Origin: Mytilus edulis
Taxonomy: Eukaryota
Assembly (NCBI RefSeq): GCF_963676685.1
Contig: NC_092352.1
Location: forward strand, 32,984,001-33,048,000
Length of the DNA stretch: 64,000 nucleotides
Reading direction: 5' to 3'
Part shown: positions 51,410 to 64,000 of the stretch, in pieces
Numbering within the stretch: position 1 is the first letter of the stretch
How the letters are laid out: each line of letters starts with the position of its first letter
Position numbers and translations under genes: made by a program
Notes under the pieces: generated by a model
Database searches by the model: none
The model's input: only the letters and a program-made list of their open reading frames with translations
What the model was told of the DNA's origin: nothing

Positions 51410-51902
51410 TAAGTTATTACAGGAATTTACAGAAATGAGAATAATGAGACAAAACGAGGAAAAATGGATAAAAAATAAAGAATAGAGACTAACGGTGACA
51501 CAATATACTGATGGTTGGTCGCTTAACGTCCAGTGACAAATATTTCATGCATGTTTAGGATGATGTAATAAAATACAAAGAGAGAATAATGGTATTTTAT
51601 AGTATGAAGATAAGGGAATAAAGTGGACAGGTGTGCAATAAAATAAAAATAGTTTAATCTTTGGTAGCGTTTTTATCGTCTTGTGGTAAATGAGGGTAAT
51701 GTTCATGATGAAAAGAAATTAACAATAATTATATAAAGGAGGTCCTAATTTATAGCCCGTTCGGAATACATTGGTTGAAATTATGACTCACTAAAAAATA
51801 AGGGTATATTGTATTGAAGCAGAAATATAGATTTAAGTATAACGGTCAACCTACGGACCCCTTTTGAAGCGTACAGAGAGCGTGGTATCCTCTATACACG
51901 AA

Positions 51903-52022
51903 CAGTGGCGGATCCAGAACTTGTTATTAGAGAGGGGAACTACACACACTCGTGCTACAGTGTTTCCCTACATAATCAACCACATTTTTCCTACGAAAAA
52001 AAATGGGGTGGATCCGCCTATG
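51903..52022. mobile_element. Small hAT-like MITE remnant
   Basis: cagtggcggatcca ... tggatccgcctatg imperfect TIRs; TSD not clear. Confidence 0.5.
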
Positions 52023-55000
52023 ACGAGTGTTATAATATTCAGTTACACAGGGTCGTAACTAGGCCTCAGAATAAATCTAGGAGGGCGTTTGGGTGCCGCC
52101 GTCTGCGGTACCCAGGTAATGGGGAAACCAGCCTGAGGGGTAACACAACCAGCCAAAAACTAGAAAAGTAGTTAATGATCAAGTCGAAGATAAAAACCAT
52201 GACAAAAAATGAGTAAAACTTATATAAATTACTTTTAATCAACGAAAAAAAATATCTGAATATATTTAAGCACGGCCAATTAAAGCTTAATTTTGACTCT
52301 TAGATCTTTATTACATGTTTATAAATCACTCAGTTTCAGACACAGGCACTTGTCGCAGAAAAAAAATTCCTATGATACATTTTTGTACCTTAATATAACG
52401 CATTTAAGGCCTGTGGTTTCAGACAAGAACTCCGAGAACAGGAATACGTGTGAAATGTTTTTTTAAGCAGTTTTATTTATTTGACGTTTTACCACCAGCA
52501 AGTTAGTTGGCCAACATAGAGTGAGCTATAAGAATGTCATATACATGTACATATACTACACTGTTTTCTGCTGGTTTTTTTTTTAATTATGTTGGGGATA
52601 ACGGAAATGCTATTTATAGATATGTTCTATATTTAATTATTTGTTACGCCCCCTATAAATATTTGACCAGTCCGGTTAATCACCCCAGACGTTATATTTA
52701 AATATGCGTCTGGGTAATCGAGACTACCACTGGGTCGATGCCACTGCTGATGGAGTTTTAAATCCTCGAGGTTATCACCAGCCCTGTAGTCAGCACTTCT
52801 GTGATGACATGAATTATCATTGATATGGTCATATTTATAAATTAACTGTTTACAAAATTTTTGAATTTTTTTTTAATAGTAAGGCTTTTCTACCTCAGAA
52901 ATAGATTACCTTAGCTGTATTTGTCAAAACTTCATACTTTATTTGGCCTTTTTAACTTTTTTGGATTCATGCGTCACTGATGAGTCTTTTTTGAAGAAGA
53001 AACGTGTGTCTGCCGTACATACAAAATTTAATCCTGGTATCTATGATGAGTTTATTTGAGTCTAGTTTTGTTTTCAATCTTTTTTTTTTATGTGTTCTCA
53101 GTCTGTGAAATATGGTATGTGTCAAATCCATATATAAATAGCATTTAATACAAATTAATTTTTTTCCAAACAATTCATATTTTATTCGTAAATGAACAAA
53201 TTAAGACATTTAGTTCATAATTTGGTCATGTTTGACCTTTGAAGTTCTTAATTGTCTTGGTTATTGGTTGTGTGCATTTCTCTTGGTCTACTATATTATT
53301 CATTAAAATAGCCAAAATATGTAATAATTGGTTAAAAAAATTGACCCATTGACTAATTTACAAACAAATTTTAGCAAGTTACAGGCAATAAACCTTGCTT
53401 CAAGGAAGCTGAGTCAAATAATATAGAATAAGATTGATTCAGAAATGAAATATACAGATGTTAATACAACTGCATACCAAATATCATTGACCTACCATAA
53501 ATGAATCCTTTAAAACGGACCTAATCGCAAACTTAAACAAATTGTTGCTACCACTGCTACAAACAGCATGCATAAGTGTTGCCTTCCTCTTTCGTCAAGA
53601 CATGTCAAAATTCATCTTTAAAGGCAAAAAGGAGGCTGACAATTACAATCATTTTTAATTATTTGTACATTTTGTGTAGTTGATCCTCTTTTATTTTAAT
53701 TTTTGTTCTTTTCTTTATCTATTATATATTCAAGATAGCTGCCACATTTGAAAAATATGAGAAAAATCTTTATAAGAAAATAATTTGCTCAAGAAATTAT
53801 CCTACTATTTTGATACAGATGGACAGATGGTACATCTTGACATTCTGCAAACTTTTTTTCTATTGTGCTAGATTTTCTTTTTCTGTTATAATTTTCAAGA
53901 TATTAGACAATACTTCCATTTGACACCTTTCTTTCATTTTAAGCCATGGTGGCTTTGTTAGTTAGTAGCTGGGATCATCAGACATTGTCAACAAAAATAT
54001 TCTAAGGATAATTCAGGCTTATTTCTATCCTGACTTGCCAACTTGTTTCAGAAGCTGTAAGGGTTGATGACAAACATCAAGTGACAGCAGTTATTCTGGT
54101 GAGCTTTCAAATCAAAATGTGGTGTGTTTATGTCAATGGGACAGCAATACAATAAATAAACTCATCATAGATACCAGAACTAAATTTAGTATATACGCCA
54201 GACGCATGTTTCGTCTACAAAAGACTCACCAGTGACAGTGACGCTTGAATCCAAAAAAGTTAAAAAGGCCAAATAAAGTACGAAGTTGAAGAGCATTGAG
54301 AACCAAAATTCCTAAAAGTTTTGCCAAATACAGCTAAGGTTATCTATGCCTGAGGTAGAAAAGCCTCATAAAACCACATAGAAAATAAAACATAAGATGT
54401 AATCTTCAGTTTACTATTCCATATGTCAGGGTCTGAAGCGTCACGATTCAGGACAAACCGTATATAAATTTCAAGACTACAAAACTGAAATTAAAGAACA
54501 AATAACACTAGATGTTAAAACAGACAACCATTGATTAGGTTTTCAAGTTCATGCCGTCACTCTTACATATAGCAGTGTTTAATTATATTTTTTTTTAACT
54601 CAACACTCATTTTTATAAATCTATCATTGGAAAAATAAAAGATAGAGAATTTGGTGACATTAAAAACAGAGAGGAAAAACAATAAAATATATTTTAAACT
54701 TTTTGCTGTTCATTACAGGCCAACAATTAATTCTTTGAAAGATCTCAAGGAACTGAATACTTTTTATGCCATTCATTCATCTTTGACACATTCCCCATTT
54801 CCATTCTAAATTTTATAAAAAGAATATACATTCATTGAAATGCTGCTTGAACTTGAGATCCTCATACCCTGTTGTCTGTGACTTCCATCAATGATGTATG
54901 AATATTCCAGGAGCATTAATAGACTACTTGAAGAAGTATGTATACAAAAATATATTGTTTCATGTAATTTATTTGTTATAACAAATATAAAAAGTGTATT

Positions 55001-55304
55001 GTCTGTTAACAATTATAAATAAGATGGAATCACAATAAAGTAAAAACCACTAATGTTCAATAAATAATTATGTTCTTTATAAGGCTATTAATAACGTAGC
55101 ACATTTCATTTCCTGTAAATGCTTATAGTTTTTAAAAACATGGTTTCTCTTAAATTCATGAATGGCACTTCAAATTTGTGTTGTAATTACATATGATATT
55201 CAGCATCTAATCCAAAACGAAAACAAAACTAAATGCTATCGTAGTTGTCATAATGTCTAGGTCACTTTGTTTAGCCTCTTTTAAGATGTCTTATGTTAGA
55301 TAAA

Positions 55305-58300
55305 CTAATCTTTCTTTCCTTCTTCTTTTTCCTGTAATGAAAGAAACACACTCATTATCTATACAATAAAACATCATAAACTTGGGATTTTTTTTAAATC
55401 TAATAAAGCCAATAGATACTTCTCTTGATTAATTGATTAATTTTCAAATAAATGAGGTTTACTTGTTCATCAGTTAAAATTCATCTGTTTTGCCACTGTG
55501 TCAGCAAAGAAAGACCACTTTTTCACAGGTTACCATAAAAGAGGTGTCGAATTGATTAAAAAAACAACTAAAATTGATTATTGCGCATGTCCACAATGCT
55601 CTTTTCTTTATAAATGTTGACTAGTCTCACGTTTAAATTTTTTCAAATTGAAATGTCTTGATTGACAAAAAGATGTATGTCACTAGAGTTCAAGGTACAA
55701 TATAGTTTAAAGGGTAATAAATGCACGTAAAAAACTTAATCTATTCTATTCTAAAATTTCAAGATAAAACCATAAACATGCAAATCTATATGATGATCAT
55801 AATTTTCCAATTACAATACTTTGACAAAAGCAACCATTCAATTAAGGAATACTATTTTTACTCTTTTTTTTAATGATATATTGTAATTTATTTTGCCTGT
55901 ACAATCTACTAGTAGTGAAATCTAAAAAACATAAAGCAAACAAAATTTATTTATAAAACAGAAATTTCCTTGCAGATTTTTTTATTTTGCCACTGTGACA
56001 CCAAAGAAAAAACACATTTTTGACAATCACCATAAATAAAGCCCTTTCCTTATAGATAGTGCTAATGCATTGTTGTGTACCATGCTCCATACTAAAGTGC
56101 TTTTATATGAATGTTCATAAACACGATCTTACAGTTTAAGGGTATCCTTCATATTTTTGAGACCCTCCTGAACCATTAGTCTATTTAATAAATAAATCAT
56201 TGGAAGAATATTAAAATGCAGATAGTCATTTGTATGTCGTTGACTTGTAGTGTTCATATTCTATGATTATAATGTCAACATAAGATTTTTAATAACAGAC
56301 ATGTGTCTACAATACATCAATCCTAAAATTGCCTGGTGAGAGTCTTAACAAAATGTGATTAAATAATGATTATAAGACTACAAAAATCTGCCATGAATAC
56401 CAAAATCAAAACCAAAAAACAACATTTGACTTTTACTGAAAGGCACATAAACATGTGGCAGAGTTAAACTTGTACCTTCTCTCTTACTTTAAAAAGTATG
56501 CAATATAAATTATGTCAAAATTGTCTCCCCTTCAGGCACATAAAACTTACAGGTTGTCCATTTGCCTTTTCTTCACCCTCTTCTTCTTGGATTGGTGATT
56601 GCTAAAAGAAAAAAATAATTATATTAATTTAAGTATTAATTAAAACAATTATAAAAAATTTAAAAACTAAGGTCCTTTGTTTAATTTTTAAAAGTGGGGT
56701 TATAAAAAAACCAATAGTATCTGAATCTTGTTTTTTTTTACAAATCTCAAATTAACTAGGTACCAATCAAAAAAGGACATTTTTAAAATGAGAATCTTCA
56801 GGTATGAGAATAAACCAACCTTTCCCTTGTCTCCCTTGTCCATGTCGTCTTTTGTCGCTTGTCGTCTCTCATGTAATTTCTTTTCTTCTTCAATGATTTT
56901 ATAGAATTCTTTTTCTGCCTTTGTATACAAGTCCTCTTCATTATATTCTTCCCCTTCACCTTTAGGTTCACCTTCATCCTAAAATAGCAAATGATAATAA
57001 AAATACCAAGTTAATCCTTTTGATGATTTTTCTAATCTGAATTAGAACAACTGTTTCAATACATAAACCCAATCAGTAACACATATATGTATTTTCACAA
57101 TCTGGAACAGCTTTTGCATTTAAACTTCAATTATATAGATATGAAATTTGTAAAACAATTGTTAGTGTTGAGATACCTAAAGATCAACTACTTCAAAAGC
57201 ATTACCTTATCTTTGTCTGCTGAACTCTTTGATCTTTCTTTCAATTTCATTTCTCTGTGTCTTGCATCTAGGATCTTTTCTCTTCTTGTTTCTCTTTCAA
57301 ACATCTAGAAGAAAACAAAACAAAAAATAGTGAAAATCAAATTATTATATCAGGGTATAAGTCACAAAAAAAACATACAAAAGATCTATTATACACTGAA
57401 TCCCACCTCAGACATTTCCTATATTTTTTGTTTTATATCTATAAAATCTGCTGTCAGAGGAAAAGTTTTTCCAAAAACAATTATACCGACTTTAAAATAA
57501 TTTTATACCGACTTTGAAATAATATATTTGTCTTATGTTATCAATTGGTCAATTATTTTTCAGATGCTTTGCTGATAAATTTCATAACAAAATATAAGCA
57601 CCCCAACTTCAAAAATACTTTCCTGAAAATTGTGGTTCATCTAAGGATAATACCAAAATACATGGAATTAAAGTACCTCTTTTTTTCACAACGATAACTC
57701 ATGATATAATGTACATGAATAATATTAACAACTGCATCAAGAATTCATAATAAGAAAACTAAAAGTTTAACATTCAGAAATCAATTTGTATTTTAAATAA
57801 TGCATAAATTTAAACTTCAGTCTTTTAAATTCACAGCTTAAAGCTACTTATAATAATCTACATATTTTTTACTACCACATTTACAGGAACCACACTAATC
57901 ACACTTTCGCTCTTGTTATTGGTCTCAGTTATAAATGTTCCTAATTATGATAAAAAAAAATTATACTAACTGCAGTAACTAAATTCTTTTCATTTCTCTG
58001 TAATGAATATAAACTGTCTGATAGTTCTAACAATGTCGTTGTTCCTGAGTGTGATCCACACGACACCAATCTGCCTTGTTCTTGTACACGTATACTATGG
58101 AGAGGCTCATCACAAACCTGTAAAGAAAGATCATTATATTCAACTAAAACAAAAACTAAAATAGAAACACATAAATATTCAACTTTAATAAAAAGATTAA
58201 TTCAGATATAGGGTTTTCTATATTTATTCAAATCTTTTTCATTAAAGCACCCTCTTATTTTAGTTGCTTTTCAAAGTCATGCTATAATTTAAAATTGTAC

Positions 58301-61300
58301 AGTATAAAATTGAGGCTTTTCTTCATTTGATACTTACTTCCCAGTAGGCCCCTTGCGGAATTCTCATGGGAAATAGAACCCATAGTAAATGAAATTCATA
58401 GAAATCCCTTAGTTGTTTCAAGGGAGTTTTGATACCAGCTTGCTTAGAATAGAGGTATACAATGAATGTTTAATACACCCTCATTTTCATTATCACTAGT
58501 GAGGACATTAAGAAAAACTGAATACCTCTTTTGCTCTACATATATCAAAATGGATGTTTCAAATTCCTATCATTATTAACCTTGAAGTAGTTGAACAGAT
58601 AATGACCATTTAACTGTTATATGGTTGAGCCTATCTGCTTAATGAATGCTCACCTGTAAACTGAGTGTAGGATCATTCTGTTTAAAGATAATATCCCATA
58701 CATCCAATGTACCATCCATCTTAGTAATAAAGAACACAGAGGGTCTGACAGGACTCCAACAGCCGTCGGTAAGGTATGATTGGTATTGTCTGTAATGAAG
58801 AAATCAGTCAATGTTTTTGTTCTTATAAGTATTCCTCATTTCAATTAAAAATATGTCTACTTTAACATTAATTATGAACCAGTCAGAGTTATGACAGTTT
58901 TGCAAATGTTGCACTCAAGCTCAAGCATGTCTGGATCAATTTACTTAACAATTGTTAGGATTAATAACAGTTAGCTCCCTTGAGTTTTTGAAAGATTTGG
59001 AATGAACTTTTTCTAGAGTAACAGGATGTAAACCATAAAAATATAAGATGATTTTTTTGTGCACAAGATAATCTTCTACAAGATTTTATGCAAGCCCATA
59101 TTATTGACTTCTGTTAGTATTCCATAGTTTTTAAAACAATGTCAATATGTAATTAATTTTTCTGTTCTTTGGAGGATTTGTTGTCTCTTTGACACATTCC
59201 CTTTTCCATTCTCTATTCTATAATTGCAATCTAGGCACAGCCTATAATAAAAAAGTTATTTTTAAACTTGCACATTCTGGCATTATCTCTATAACACAAC
59301 TTTTAACAAAACAGAATGGATTAAAATATATCAATGAGTCCTATTATTTAAACATACTTTGTCCACATGATTGATGATTCTCTAATATCTTCTGACCAAA
59401 TCTATAATAACAACACAAAAACATGCAATTACAAATATGTCGATTTGCAATTTTATTAGAAACACTGAAATATATAGCTTGATTATTCTCATTACTTTAA
59501 GAATTCAACATCAAAATCATCAAATAAATTCAAAAGTAATTATAACAATAAAATTATATTAAAAGGAAAGAAAATATATAAAAGATAATCACAACTTTAC
59601 AAAGTTCTTTGACATTTTAAGGGCAACAACCCATCTCTACTGAACATATTTGCAATCAAAACAAAATTTAAATAATCATCTTATGGCTTTCTTAAGCACA
59701 ATCTGAAGTCATTAATGGGAACTATAACATACCCTTGCTTTCCAATCTCCAACACTGAGGAAGTTTTTAGGGAAGAATGGATTACGTTGTAATGAGTATA
59801 CTGGACCAAGATGACCGTTATATTGAGCTACTATTTTCTCTGCTGGTGTTTTGGCTTTTCTGTTACATGACATTATTGTTCCTTGTTCACATCCTACCAT
59901 AAATTTAGTTGGCTGTAAAATAAATAATGTATGAGTTATCTCCCATTTGTAAAACTACTGTTGTTATAATGGTAAAAAATGGTATATTTTCTTCTTTTGG
60001 TGTCAGAATCCTATTAAATACTAAAAATATTTATAACCGACAGAATATTACATTATAAAGAAACATGTATTTTATGCAACTGTCCTACAAGTGAGAGGTT
60101 TGTGATTTTAAATGTTATCCATCAGCAGGATAATTTTTTTTTTATGATCTCATTATTTCAGTAACCTTGATAAAACCAAATTTTTTGTCTATCAGGAAGA
60201 CAGAGGTATTATTCTTCACAACATGATGCACATACCATTGTAGGTTCATATTCTAATGACATAGCTCCCATTGCTTTTGTTGGATCTTGTTTCTTTGTAG
60301 GGTCTAAGTATAATTTTTCTGTTGGTTCTCCCATTTTCCTGATGTCCCACCATAACACTTGACCATCAGATGATGCTGAGAAGCACTCTGTTCCTGTTTT
60401 AGACTGGATCCAGATGGTTTTGTATGCAGGATCTCGATGACTTTGTTCAATAGGTGATATTTCTACTGGTTGTGATCCTTTCCTTGTATCCCAATAAGCT
60501 GAAAAAGTAAGTCTCAAAATGTATTCTTATTTCAAAGAAAAGAAAGGATATATATAGGTGTACATATGAAGTAAAATTAAGTAAATAAACAATAAAATAT
60601 AAGAATAATTTCATGCTTTCTATCTACAATGCTGATAAAATTCTACATTGTTTCTGATTGTTTCATTTATTTTATTGCGTCAGAGTTTCACAAGAATAGA
60701 TCTCATTTTTTCAAAAACTATGTATACATTTTTTTCCACCAATTAATAAAAATTGGAGATCCATAAATCAACTTACCTATCTGACCATTGTAACAACCAC
60801 CAAGTAATATATGAGAATCTTTTGGATTATATTCAAGACATACTAATGGTGAAACAGGCTTCAGTACCATTTCTGGTTTGTTTGGATTTTCTGAAATGAG
60901 AATATATAAGTGTGATATTTGAATAGAGAATAAGCCTATCGAAGAAGAGTTATGATACTTATTTATATAATGAACTTAATCATGTAAATACATATCTGGA
61001 GAATAGGGGGTAAAAGTTGATTACAGTATCTGGTTTTTTTTTAAATACATAAAAAGTCCAGAAAAATTGTAAATTAATGTCTGATTTGAAAACCAATTCA
61101 TTTGTAAATTGTATGTAAATATATATGAAATATAGATTAAATAATATTGAAGTTTTTCTTCAATTTGGCTTTGGTTCAGAATGCATAACAATAAATTGAT
61201 GATAACATTGGCAAAGTACCATTTTCAACAAACCAGTGCACTGCAGTAGACATGAGCTTAATTCTTTATATACTAAGTGACCCCTTTGATGTATTCTAAT

Positions 61301-62897
61301 TAATAATTAAAGGACAATTCTTTATCAACCTATTTCTGTGCAATGTAATGAAGCTCTACATCAGAGAATTCTGTTTTTCCATGTTTTCTGAACATCAGAT
61401 AAGCAACAATAGACATATATTTGTTCACACTTACCAACATCCCAGATATAAGACTCCATACTGGTATCTGGTGATGATCCTTGGAATTCCAAGTTACAGT
61501 AAGCCACAGCCAGTTTCTTTGGTCCATCAGGAAACCAGGACATATGTGTTGCTGTACGTTTGATTTCATTTGGATCTCTGAAGAAAAATCATCAAATACG
61601 GATTAACAAGATGTTTGATTTTTAGTTTACAGAGGTACTTTATAAAAAAACACAAAATTTGCAAAGTGGGTATTTTTTAAGTAATGAATAGCAAATGTAT
61701 TGTAAGATGTTTACCTGAATACATTGATAGTCTTTGCTGAGGGTGTTTCATCCACTAAATCTCCTTCTATATCTTCAAAATATTCTTCATATATATCTAT
61801 TGCATTATTCTGTTTGATTCTGCTTTCCATAATCTGAAAAAACAAAAATAAATTATCAGATTTTTCCTCATGACTTCATCTTGGTATGAATACGTACATA
61901 TAGTTTTTTTTCCAACATGTGATTGATTCAATCATTGGTTAATTAAAAGAAAATAAATGATATTGGGTATACAATAATACATTCATGTTTGTGTTTAGCA
62001 TCAAATATTCTAACATTCAATATATTTGAAGAGAATATATTTTTTTTTTCTCACATCTTTTTTCACATATAGAAGCTTTCCCATATTAGAACTTACACTT
62101 CCAAGTTGTTGAATTGTGTTGATATACATTTCATCTTTTTCCACTTTCTTTCTGTATCTGCTGACTTGTTCTACTTCAGCAGGATTAACATCTTTTGGCC
62201 AACCTCCTTCTGTGTGGTTTATACCCCGTGATCCTGTCTCAAATCTTTCTGTGTTAATCTACAATTTATGTGAAAACTTTCATAAGTACCTAAAAGAGAC
62301 TCCAGTCTATAAGTATAGAACATACAAGTTTCCTTTGGTGCACCAAAACTTATACTACACAATGTCCTGGATCCAACTCCTGTTATAAATTATTTCCAAC
62401 AAACATCTTTAAATCTAAAAATTGAACAATAAAATGTATTTTATTTTCTTCTCCTCTTTTGTTTAATATTTTTTTTTACTATATGTATTACATAAAAGCT
62501 TTTTTTCCAGGAAAAAAATGTTCCTTTAAAAGTTATGATTTATATAAGAAATAATGATACATTCTTTTCCCCAAAATTATATACATCCCAACTTTCAAAG
62601 ACCATTAGGCATCTATTATGGCCTTTATCCAAAGAAACCCATAAATTATGTGCCATTTGGAAATAAAAATTTTAAGTTTTTTAAATAACCTTAAATAACC
62701 TGAATAAATATTACCTCATGCTCTGACATTTCCTGGACACATTGTATTCCAATGTCAACAGGATTTCTTTCAATATATTCCTGTGCAATAGATGGATTTG
62801 GTGCAATATCAACATGAAGTTCTGCTGGTCTGTCGGAGAAGTTACATTGTCGGCCAAATTCAGACCTCTTCTTCGTGTATACATACTGTATCTCCAT
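55305..62897 (-). CDS. DNAI2: Dynein axonemal intermediate chain 2 (WD40)
   Basis: GT-AG exons 62897-62715 ([23 protein letters not shown]), 62258-62097 ([12 protein letters not shown]), 61833-61715, 61577-61435, 60890-60777, 60498-60236 ([21 protein letters not shown]), 59912-59733 ([16 protein letters not shown]), 59401-59358, 58789-58654, 58117-57971, 57304-57206 ([12 protein letters not shown]), 56978-56820, 56601-56551, 55331-55305 (EKEEGKKD*). The last two exons are less certain. Confidence 0.95.
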
Positions 62898-63657
62898 TTT
62901 GTTGTGTTATGCTCTGAAGAATAAAGTTTGCTTTAGAAAAAAAAATTTAATGCAATGTCTAACAAAGACTAAGACACAAATTGTTATTGGACATTGACAC
63001 AAACATTTCTTTTCAATCTGTACAATGTTTAATAAAAAAAAATATTACAATTAAATTACTGTTTATGTCAGTCACAGTCACCATCCTAATTGTGCAGTTG
63101 AATTCACCTCTAAGTCCTATCGATTTCATTCTTAGACTAATTCAACAGTTGGGAAGCAAAAGAAAACAATATGCTTAAGCATTTATATAAAATTGCAAGA
63201 AAAATACATTACATTGAAAGTTGTCTCATGAGCAACTTGTCCCACATTCTGGTTATTCACATCATGCAGAGACTGTGAGACATGTAAGGTGCATAATCAT
63301 CATGATCATATGCTTCCAAAATGAGCATTGATAGCAAAAGCTTTTGGTTTATACCACTAATGTACATAAGTAAGAGACCTTAAATAACGAAAAAAATCCT
63401 TCATGGGTTCTCATTCCTTTCTCTTGTTATTTTTCATTATATATTATGAAGCCGCATAAGATTTCTGTGAATTTTGAATATCTAATATTAACCAAAAAGC
63501 ATGTTGATGTGCTCATCAGATAAACATATACATGTATAGTCGCCGTCAGTTGAAATTCGTAGCGGTTATCGGTAAAAATAATCTAAACTATCAATCGCGT
63601 TCACTCGAGATATAGTTTTTCACATTCCATTCATAAATCGCAAAAAGAAAAATTCGT

Positions 63658-64000
63658 AAGGGTTCCACGGAACCCAATGTCTCGCCTACTTTTGCTGTTA
63701 ATTGCAGACTCAACAAAAATGAGGAAAAACATCAATAAAAATTTCCCTCTCGATACTGTCGTTTGATTGAAAGAAGCTTCCAAGTTTGGTAAAAAATCCA
63801 GGATAGTTTATGAATCTAATAAATGTTTTATAAACTTTAACTGCAGACTGTATGCAATGTTAACTGGAAGAAAAACTAAGTCCATTTATAAGTAAAATAC
63901 GGAAAAAGTGAATTTTTTTTCACAAAATTTACTTCTGAATAATATCTTATGATCAGAAACAAGCTTATGTCTAAGTTTGGTAGAAATCCAGGATAGTTTA
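63658..64000 (+). repeat. Start of an interspersed repeat with internal tandem units, cut by the window edge
   Basis: gggttccacggaaccc palindrome, then repeated ccaagtttggta(a/g)aaatccaggatagttta (~63780 and ~63970). Confidence 0.5.

Larger units (their letters stand above)
33267..52726. mobile_element. ~19.5 kb composite insertion with hairpin-containing inverted termini and 9-bp TSD
   Basis: ccactgggt (33258-33266)|tagtctcgat ... atcgagacta|ccactgggt (52727-52735). Ends match 19/23 as inverted repeats and each folds back on itself. It interrupts a copy of an interspersed repeat. Confidence 0.8.

Overview
AT-rich eukaryotic genomic DNA with spliceosomal introns, most consistent with a bivalve mollusc (Mytilus-like; inferred from repeat content and the C1q gene). 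Host genes: the 3' half of PDPK1 (+, 9 exons, 2262-13932), a two-exon C1q-domain gene (-, 20159-22177) and the full coding region of DNAI2 (-, 14 exons, 55305-62897). Between them lies a nested mobile-DNA block. It holds a near-intact but 5'-truncated DIRS1-type tyrosine-recombinase retrotransposon (28588-~33101), then a ~19.5 kb unit (33267-52726) bounded by hairpin-bearing inverted ends and a perfect 9-bp target-site duplication. That unit shows no DDE transposase but carries a Helitron-like OTU-ZnF-HUH-PIF1 gene with a divergent HUH motif, a ~3.6 kb array of ~60-bp repeats and an SGNH-hydrolase gene. Also notable is a 57-bp minisatellite made from a PDPK1 exon end plus its splice donor (27 donor copies). 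Many HINE-type non-autonomous Helentrons and Kolobok-/Harbinger-like MITEs are present. Family assignments rest on motif recognition only; no searches were run.
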